From Tubiluchus corallicola (lineage: Eukaryota > Animalia > Priapulida), in contig JAQGDQ010001617.1 of assembly GCA_030141605.1 (NCBI GenBank), forward strand, positions 1 to 32,427: DNA of 32,427 nucleotides. The letters run 5' to 3'. The notes below the pieces were generated by a model. The model was not told the origin of the DNA. It searched no databases and saw only the letters and a list, made by a program, of their open reading frames with translations. This document shows, one piece after another, positions 23,389-32,427 of this stretch. Every line of letters begins with the position of its first letter. The stretch's first letter is position 1. Both the position numbers and the translations under genes were made by a program.

Positions 23389-23565
23389 TAACCCGCCATG
23401 CTGCCAAACCCGCCTTACTGTCAAACCTGTCCTACTTGCCAAACCTGCTGTACCTCCAAACCGGCCATACCGCCATTCTGACAAATCTGCCATACTGTTA
23501 ATCCTGTCATGCCGGCAAAACCTGCTGTACCGCCAAATCTGCTGTACTCCTAAATCTGTCGAACT
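23389..23565. repeat. Degenerate ~17-bp tandem array (consensus ~AAACC(C/T)GC(C/T)(A/G)TAC(C/T)GCC), ~10 units
   Basis: Recurrent AAACCCGCC/AAACCTGCT/AAATCTGCC starts at ~17-bp spacing. Confidence 0.8.
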
Positions 23566-23788
23566 CGTCACCTTTTTCGTTATTTCAAATTACTCTACGT
23601 TCCCATATTTATTGTATATACTGCTACCTGCTTTGCTTGTTTGCGCCGCGTTTCGAAGTAGAAACAAAAATTACAAAATAATGCCTGTAGAGTACGCCAC
23701 TTACTGGCGCAGACAGACGCTGGAAAATGGCGCACATTGAGAAAATTCGCAAGATGCCCTTTAACTTTTCAGTTTACAGTTTGGCTCT

Positions 23789-24037
23789 TGTAGCTATTTT
23801 TTGCTTACTTACAAATTCGTGCACGAGGCGCCATCTGTGGCGGGAATGTAAAGCCTTTGGTTTTGGTCAGTTTCTCAGTTTGTTACCTGCTAGTCACCTG
23901 TCTGTTTTGCTCACCTGTGCTCTGAAAAAGTCAGATTAATCCACTTTGTGGGATATGTGAGACATTTATGTACTGATTATGTTACAATAAAGCATTCAGT
24001 GGTATTAACCTCTGTTGACAGTGTTTATGTGACCACA
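23789..24037 (+). mobile_element. Solo LTR (249 bp) with perfect 5-bp target-site duplication
   Basis: GCTCT (23784-23788) | TGTAGCTA ... TGACCACA | GCTCT (24038-24042). TG...CA termini with imperfect inverted ends; AATAAA at 23986-23991. Confidence 0.65.
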
Positions 24038-24567
24038 GCTCTTTTTTGTTTCTTGTTACTCCTTCCTAGACTGTGGCTCCCATATAAAAAAATATCGCTC
24101 TCTGGCAACTCCCAAATTAAAATATATCACGAAATCTTTCGCTAGTTCTTTACTGTTGTTTTTCTTTATAAATAGGAGGTATGTTTCAACTTTTCTTTAC
24201 ATCTGTGTGCAGATAAAGGATTAATTTTTCTATTGCACTCCTGCATTTAGCAATAATTCTAATTTGGGCGATGTATCAGGGCCTTAAAAGCACCTGAACT
24301 GTAGTCACCTAAACTACTAAACAACATTACTGTGGCATGATAGATCACACTAATACAAGACCCATTTATACAAAATAATGTAAGTGATTTAAAATGATTG
24401 CTCATAAGACAAACACTTACCATAAAACATATGCAGGACAGTTATAAAGATAGAATTAGCTTGCTGATAGCTGCCGCTATTCCATTTTTAAATCACCAAG
24501 CAGCCACAGTCTATTTATTAGACAAAATAGAAAACTAGGGCGTGGTCACTTCTGTGGTTAAGTGCAA

Positions 24568-24812
24568 AGAATAAATTGTTTCATACAGTAACCAAATTTT
24601 CACTTTTCCAACAAAATCACACATTTTGCACTCAAAATCAGTATTACACAGTAGGAGCACTGCTCACGCTTATAGCAAGACTGCAGAGCAAAAGATTTGC
24701 TTGAGTTGTCTCATCTTCACGCACTTGAAAGTTACGCCTATAAACTGACGTGTTGGAGTTGATCACCATGACAGCTTTTTAACTCCGCCTCAAATTCTTG
24801 AGCACTAGAAAT
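24568..24812 (+). repeat. Dispersed repeat, diverged copy B (pairs with 10470-10752)
   Basis: Same collinear blocks as copy A. Confidence 0.65.
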
Positions 24813-26137
24813 ATGGCGCCAATAATATTTGCTTGAACATTTTTAATAGACGAAATGTTCCTTCACTTTTTAAGGGCAATCTTGCACAAGTTGACCATCT
24901 TACTACCAAATCTTTTCTTTCTTTTTAAGAATTTACAGAAACATAAATAAACTTCAATAAATTGTTACAGCATGATAATATGACCTGCTTAAAATTTTTA
25001 CAGTTACGTGTGCAGAGCTTTGAGCATGTCAACTGAATTTGCGCCCTGTTCCATAGAATTAGATAAAATTTGAAAGATATAGAACTTCTTTAACCTTTCT
25101 CACACATTCCATTTATGATTCGAACTGTAAAATACTTCGTATGTCTTTATAAACTGTTTCGATTGAAATTGTAATACAACCAGCAGGCAATTTAGTAAAA
25201 ACTAGAATGGACTTGTATGTTGTGAAAAGCTGTTCAGGTTTCTTCATTACACTCACATTTATGTGACTCTGGTATGTTCTTATGAAAATAAATGGACTTG
25301 AATTGGATTAAAATTGTCAATGATTTAAATCAGAGTTCCTTTTTTACGTTACCAAAAGCTCTTCAAAGTTGCACATTACAACCCAGTCATAAAATAATTC
25401 TAGCAAAATCGCTATGACCCGGATTATAATAATCAGCAATTTTAATCAGAATTGAATTTTTAATTATAAAAATCGTCCGATGACAGACCATTTCGTGGCA
25501 TATTGATAAAATAACAACAGCAGATTTTCGTAAACAAACACGTTTTTCACCCAAATTTGCATTCTGCTAAAATGCATCTATGACGTCTAACATACGGCAT
25601 GAAATATAAAAATTGGACAATAATTAGTTAGTTGTAAAATTACAAACGTCTAAAACGTTTATTTTGCGACCTAACCCGTTACAAGGATTCCTCATTCGCA
25701 AAAGACCAAAAGTAGCAACGCAGTTGAATTACCTTCCGTAGACGCCATTAATTTATACGTAGACGCCATTTTCTTTTATACCGACGGCCGAATTACAGAT
25801 TTCTTAAGTTTTTAAACCCGGTATCTGTTGCATACTTTTACGTAATATGGAGCGCGGTTGGTACGGTGACAAATATTACCCACCGCCATGACACTCAAAA
25901 CTGTGACGTCATTTCTTAGCCGTAGTACAGTAAACAACCGCGACCCCAGAAAGCAGATCACTGTGAACAGAGTGGTTATTGCTGAGTAATGACATATCTA
26001 TTCATAAAGATGTTTATTTCAATATTCTTCATCTATTTATATCAAATAAACTTGTAAGAATCAGTCTTCAATTTACGAACCTGCAAGGAACGTGAACTTT
26101 ATAGTAAGAAACACTGTACAATTATTTCAAAATACCA

Positions 26138-26360
26138 AATTGCAGACATCTTGAGATGCGCTCTCCACACACAAGCGAACAGCTTATTTATAATCCTTTT
26201 GAAGTGTTTACCTGAGTGGCAGGTTTCTCCCTACACACAAAGGAAGATTTCAATCTTCAACAATCTTGTCTGGAATTTAATTATAATTGAAATCTTGTGA
26301 AGTGTTGAACTAAGATGTGGTTTATACCGTCACGTCCCACACACAAAGGAAGATTTTAAT
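26138..26360 (+). repeat. Dispersed copy of the 11760-12242 repeat family
   Basis: AAATTGCAGACATCTTGAGATGCGCTCTC...GAACAGCTTATTTTATAATCCTTTT..AAGT.TTTACCTGAGTGG closely matches 12043-12200; internal duplication of CACACAAAGGAAGATTT. Confidence 0.85.
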
Positions 26361-26684
26361 CTGTAAAATAAATATGTCTGCGATCAGACAAAAGCTCAAT
26401 AATCCTTATTTTAAAATTGACTTCTCAGATTTCACAACAACTTTGGCAGCGTGAGACATTGTGGGTAATGACCAACCTTGAAACTCCAATGGTAAACCGT
26501 TTCTGCAGACATTGGACTCAAAACCAATGAGTTTCGGTTTTTCAAATGTTTTGGCACTGCTATTGTCTCATTGATCATTGTTACTCACTACTGCTTTTAC
26601 AAACAAAACATATGTCTGCATAAAGACTACAGAAGTCTACACAGCTATAGTACTATTAAATAATTTTTTATGTAAATAAATCTC

Positions 26685-26910
26685 GGTTGGGTTCACGCCA
26701 AGTGGAAAAATCTGGATTCCTTGCGATTCGTGAGACATGGGTTCGATTCTCGTTTGGGCAGTTTCACTTGCGATGCTGGTTGTTTGTACGGTATAGAGAG
26801 AATATTTCACACATGAACAAGGCCGAGACACCTCTGGTTGTTCAGTGGCTCATCTTCAGGGGTTGCCCTTGATAGTGAGCCAGATTCAGCTCAGGCCACA
26901 TCACAAACAT
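26685..26910 (+). mobile_element. Candidate tRNA-derived SINE remnant
   Basis: B-box-like GGTTCGATTC at 26740-26749 with a weak A-box-like GCCAAGTGG ~40 nt upstream, followed by a GC-richer body. No cloverleaf or TSD identified. Confidence 0.35.
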
Positions 26911-27227
26911 CTCCATTTTTTGATACCATCAGTTCAATACATAACTATGTTTACAGTGTGTCATAATTTCAAGAACAAGTTATTGTTAAGTTGCGTACAA
27001 CAAAGTTTAAAACTCTGAGCTGATGAAAAAAGAAATATCTGACTGTGTAAACGTTAACTTTCCTTCAAAATTATTCAACACAAAGAACGTTCAAATCCAA
27101 GATGCTGCAATGTTTATTTTAGAACAAGTTTTGTTCTTTTGTGCTCGGGATGTGAAAAATGTCTGAAATTTTCCCATTATCTTGTGTCAATACATTAGCC
27201 TGGGAGTTTAGAAAAGGACGCAGCAAA

Positions 27228-27460
27228 CGAGTTAAAAGAAGAAAGCAGAGTGATTACACACTTGAATTTCAAAAGCCTGCATTCCACACCTGGGAAAGAG
27301 TTAAGCAAACAAAGCAGAGTGTTTACACACTTGAATTTCAAAAGCCTGCATTCCACACCTGGGAAAGAGTTAAGCAGACAAAGCAGAGTGTTTACACACT
27401 TGAATTTCAAAAGGCTGCCTTCCACACCTGGGAAAGAGTTAAGAAATTACAACAGAGTAA
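27228..27460 (+). repeat. 69-bp tandem array, ~3.3 units
   Basis: TGGGAAAGAGTTAAG at 27291, 27360 and 27429; the unit contains AAAGCAGAGTG(A/T)TTACACACTTGAATTTCAAAAG(C/G)CTGC(A/C)TTCCACACC. Confidence 0.95.
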
Positions 27461-28048
27461 TTACGGACAGGATTACCGATAGGCTGCTACAATCCAGTAA
27501 AATTATCAAAAGCTTTTGTACAAAGGAGTGTCAGTCAATACCACTCCTCATGCTTAACAGAACCCTGCAAAGAGAGTAGAGGTTATTTTCGCTCTTTCTT
27601 GGAAACTGTTGCTGAACATCAAGATGGTTTGATACCCTTGTTATTGAACTGCTCATTAAGCTTGCCAGCTTTTTCGTTACACCTAGTTAAGACAAGCTTT
27701 CTATTTTGATGTAACAGACATCAACAGCCATTTCATTAACATTATTAACTTGAACGACGGTAGAAATTTTCAAATTCACGTTGAATATTGACTTTAAACG
27801 TGTCTAAATGGCTTTTTCTCTGCTTTGAACAAAATTTTCTCACATCGTAAAATTCATGTATAAATCAAACAAACCTAAAAACACCAAGGAAGAGACGAGA
27901 AGAAATATCTGACAGTGTAAACTTAGATTCATCAAAGCATTTTACTTTGAACAACTTGAGAGATTTGACAAATACTTAATATTCTTCAAAGGCTTTCCTA
28001 CAAAGAGCTTTTCAATCCAAGATGCTGCAATATTTACCTTAGATGGCG

Positions 28049-28245
28049 CCTGGGAAAGAGTTAAGCAAATAAAGCAGAGTCATTACACACGTCTTGAACT
28101 TCAAGGCTGCATTCCACACCTGTGAAAGAGTTAAGCAAATAAAGCAGAGTGATTACACACTTGAATTTCAAAGGCTGCATTCCACACCTGGGAAAGATTT
28201 AACAAAGAAAGCTGAGCAAATACAGACAAGACTAATAATAGTCTA
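28049..28245 (+). repeat. Second cluster of the 69-bp repeat, ~2.3 units
   Basis: Same unit as 27228-27460 with small indels. Confidence 0.92.
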
Positions 28246-28971
28246 TGTACAACATTCCGCTAAAATTGGCGAAATCTTTTCTACAAAGAAGTGTGAAGCA
28301 ATAACCATTATTGCCTCAATAAGTATTGCGCATGTCTTAGTATCACTTTCTGCACAGGAGAAACTTTAAGCTCCAAAATACCTACATTCTTTTAAATTCT
28401 TCGTAATTAATTCACGATAACTAATCGAGCAAGACAAAACACGAAGGTTTGGGAGATGAACGCTTTCATTGTGAAGCAGCAGCAGGTTCAAATGGAAAGC
28501 ATGAATGAGATTAATTAAGAGATTAATCCATCACAGCAGTATCTCAATGCAGTTAAAAAATTTTGGAGTAGCTGATTTAATCATTGCTTGCAGAGTGATG
28601 CAAACTGATGCAGTGTGTTGTTTCTTTATCTAAATAAAATGTTTTCATTATTCACAAAATCAATAATGTCCAGGAAACTCTGCAACAATTTGAGCAAATA
28701 AGCCATATGGATACATTCTTATGAGGATTATACCTCGCGTGAAATGAATTTTGAACATGTGATTTATAGACACTGATTCGCGATCAAGAAGTTTGCAAAA
28801 ATATTTTTCAAAATCACGCTCAATAAAAGCACTTTCAAATTTGATACGTCAGTATTTGATTTAAAACTTGGATGAATAGTTTTACATTTTTGTGTTAAAC
28901 TGTGAAAAAGTAATTTAGCAGATTTCAGAATTCTTAAGTAAACTAGTCACACCCTGTTTACTGTTTAAATA

Positions 28972-29272
28972 CTGGAAAGAATGAGCTGAAAGACAGAGAA
29001 TATTATCAATAGTCTGCAGAAGATTTATTGTTTGGTTAAGCTGCCACCCTGGAACTCCCGGTGAAGGAGTTAAGAAAAGATGTTAAGCAAATATAGACAA
29101 GAATATCAATAGTCTGCAGAAGTTTTTTGTTCAGTTAAACCGCCACCCTGGAACTCATAGGGAAAGAATTAAGAAGAGACGCTCAGCAAATAGAGACAGG
29201 TATGTCAATAGAATGCAGAAGTTTTTTGTTTAGCTAACCTCGGGATCCCCAGTGAATGTCAAGAAGAGATGA
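28972..29272 (+). repeat. ~100-bp tandem array, 3 units, related to the 69-bp family
   Basis: TCAATAG(TC/AA)TGCAGAAG at 29006, 29106 and 29205; shares GGAAAGA.TTAAG and AGCAAAT..AGACA motifs with the end of the 28049-28245 cluster. Confidence 0.88.
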
Positions 29273-32200
29273 AAAGTAGAGATGAGATAAAAGTACCGGA
29301 TTTTAATCACAAATGATATTGAGCAGAATCATAGTATGATGTGAAGTATTGAAAGTTATAGCTATTCCCATGAACAACATGCTTCAAATCAGCTGTGCCA
29401 CTAGGCACTAACAGATTATTAACTGAAATTACCCAAATTTAATCTCCTTTGCCAAAAGAGCGCTTATCATGTCAAATCATTATCATGTCTTATCATTGGT
29501 GCACACAGGGAGAGATGCCAGAACAAGAGCAAGAAAATAAATTTTGAAAAATTCGGAAAAGTTTATTAAAAGACTGAAAATAACATGAAAGATTTTTGTG
29601 CGAAATATCTCAAATCCAATGTGTAAACACAGATTCGTGTGTAACAACCCTGATTGTTTGAACAAATGCTATTGCAAATGTTTGACATAATAACTCTTTA
29701 GACCCGCGGTAAATTATGTCACGGGTTGTTGTGAAATACTAAACACGAATGAATAGTTTCCTGCATGTTTGTGAAGTAATGAAATGTATTTCGAAAAATT
29801 CACACTTGTGCAAATACGTCAAACCTGGAAAAAGATGCCAAGATAAGAGTTAGGAACAACGATAGATTATAAATTAAATGGATTCATAATTTTTATTACT
29901 GAACGTATGAACTATTGTGGAGCTTGTAAAAGAATACTCTACGAAGAGTTTACTCTTACAAACATGGCAGGGCTAAAAATACAAAAACTGTTTGTTCCTG
30001 AAAGCTTGAAATAGGCACTCATGGTGTAGTGTAATTATTCGTTTACTTGGACAAGCAAAAGTTTGAAAAATTAAGTTTATTTTAGCACCCCAAAAACAAT
30101 AAGTTTTAACAACTGTGTACATAATTCTAAATTTTTCCAAATTGACTTTTTGCATTTTGCAATAACTGACCCTATGTGAGCAGCTAGAACTTAGTCACTC
30201 GTGACAGTTTAGTGGCTCATCTCACGTGTAAAAACAAAGCCTTATGAGATAAACTTTCATGCCTTCAATTTCAATGAAACACAGAAAAGTAACAATCAGT
30301 ATTCAACTAAATCATATAATGAAATAAGTTCTGTTGCTTTCTTCATTTTCAGTGTTTGTATATTTTTTTTTTGCAAACCAATGGATAAAAGAATTGCTTC
30401 AATGCCACTCTTTAGCTGAGGCTATTATTAACACGCCAAGGCAATTTTTGTTGCACCTGGGCGTGCATTCACAGAAAGTAAGAGCAACCATGGCAGCTAG
30501 CGTTGAACAGTTTTTTAAGCAGATTTGATGTTTCAGTTGCGTAATATCCTTTCTGAAAACCTTATTAGCAATAGAATGCAAGTTCTTACATTTGACACTG
30601 ATGACAATGAAATTAATTTGAATGATAATTCATCTGACATTGCATGGAGAATATAAAGTCTGTTTACCTATAATTAGTATGCGTTTATTTGTGTTATGCT
30701 AAAAAATTGCTAGCATTACAATAAAATTGACATATTTTTTAATTGAAATTAACTTACAGCTAGCAGTTGCAGTTATCGGAAAGACGGTGACAGTAACCTG
30801 TTAGATGCGTGTTAGATGCTGATAGATAAATTAATGTAGAAAAATGCAACACAGACATGATGTACCTATGTTCAAAGTCAAGAGACTTAATATTTCTGAC
30901 TCCTTGAAATTAATTTCGTTTAAAAATAGCTGCTGTTTTGCAAGTTTCTGTTTATAAAAAGTGCAATCAGTTTATCTGTTTATTAGACATTAGTTGTGAC
31001 TGTCATGTTGTTTAGTTTACTTTAGTTTTGTTTAGACGGTTGTTATCCAGTGTGAGCTATTGTCCTGAATGTTGATGATCACGCTTACGATACAGTGGGG
31101 GTGGAGCGAAAGACCAACGTGTTTGACGTCAGCTGTAGTGCTAGAAATAAGTAAACTGTCATATTGTGTTTCCACCATTGCAAAATTCTTAGCAAGTAAA
31201 AAAATTCAGTACTAAATTAACCAGCAAATAAATAAATGTGCACTATACTAGCTATGGATGTACGCTGATACTTCTACAGCGCACCTGCTGATCGTTATAA
31301 TCAGCTGCGTTTAGGGAACGGCAGATCCACCTGTAGCAAGAGGTTAAATTCCAGTACAATTTTCATAACACCTTCGCTACTCTATACAGCTGCTAACTTC
31401 CAAGCTCAGAGTGATTTGAACGCTTTTTACAAATACTTGTGCACAAAAGAATGTTCTACAGTCTATATGTTGTTCAGTTTTAGGTACAAGCTATCATTTG
31501 GAAATTAGAAGGCTTTGAAACGAAAATTCTGTGGAAATTCTTCAAACCTTATTTATCATCCTTTAATTTCACCATTGAGTCTAATTATTTTATTTTATTT
31601 ACAGTAATAGAAAGTCTCTTTCAGAAAATATAAAGTTTTGCACTAGTAGTTCATGCAATTAAGCTGTTATGTGTATTTTTGTACGGAGTTGTCAAAACTT
31701 CACAAATATTTGTAGTCGTGAAGGAATTAAATTTCAAAGAAGATCACGATTTTTAGAAGTCCACATCTAAAGTGTTTTTGTGTTCATTTTGACTAATGTT
31801 TATTTACGTGATTGAGCATGTTTTGAAACTTTCTCCTCTTATCCAAACGGCAATTATTAACACGCAGTCTCAGGTTTAAATATCATAGCATACAAAAATT
31901 TTGAAAAGCTATTAAACTAGGAACCCAAAACTAAAAACTTAAACGTGATTATAGTCCTTTCAATTTTATCAACAGAAACTTTACTTGAAACAGAAACGGT
32001 AGAATGCACTAGTGCACTAATACACCAAGGCGTTGTATTATTACAAGCATTAAGTTAACTTCCAACAGAAAAAACAGAACATTCCACTGTTTTGTCCCAA
32101 TCAGCTCAAATAGAGCTGCTTTTTGTCTTCTGTCACTTAGTGAGATAATGGAATAAGTGAGAGGTGATGTGAGGAGTAGCTAGTAATAAAGATTACGCAT

Positions 32201-32427
32201 TACAAAAACTTACAACTAAAAGGATGGGTGGCTGCTGAGAAAAATTCAGCCTTAAGAATCAGTATAGAAAGTCTTTGAGTGATAACTATAGAGTAATACT
32301 TGCATATTACCAAGATAATATTGATTCTATAAAATATTTTTCAGTTTTTCTTTATTTTTTTAGTACATTTTGAGGGCATTTTTTGTTCTGCTTTTCTTTT
32401 TCATAAAATTTTATTACAGGTAGGCCA

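Noticed and set aside
26685-26765. Functional tRNA gene
   Set aside because: Only a B-box-like motif; no consistent acceptor or anticodon stems could be folded. Kept as a weak SINE candidate.
27159-27579. Repeat proteins with 23-aa units
   Set aside because: The 69-bp unit is a multiple of 3 so several frames stay open; the second cluster has frame-breaking indels.
32380-32427. Splice-acceptor-like TTTTATTACAG|G at the window end
   Set aside because: Only 8 nt follow, so an exon cannot be evaluated.

Overview
AT-rich, repeat-dense animal (probably invertebrate) genomic DNA with spliceosomal-type splice signals, LINEs and microsatellites; no intact host gene, rRNA, tRNA or CRISPR array is supported. 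The main structure is a 5.4-kb palindrome (arms 1-1832 and 3552-5385, 1.7-kb spacer). Each arm carries a 464-bp TTAA-ended MITE-like element followed by a signal-peptide-encoding first exon and most of intron 1 of a polycystin-1/REJ-like (PKD-repeat) gene. The spacer holds the single exon 2 on the minus strand, splice-phase compatible with exon 1 (the join rebuilds a PKD domain), but the gene is disabled by frameshifts and an in-frame stop. The arms look identical except for a ~300-bp diverged patch over the promoter/signal-peptide region. Just outside the right arm is a young, 5'-truncated RTE-clade LINE with an 11-bp target-site duplication and an open RT frame. The rest is a transposon graveyard: decayed RTE-X-like and CR1/L2/Crack-like LINEs, a solo LTR with a perfect 5-bp TSD, weaker LTR/SINE/Helitron-end candidates, GA microsatellites and tandem arrays (22, 137, 69, ~100, ~17 bp), one of which repeats a CTCF-like motif. 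All alignments and counts were made by eye.
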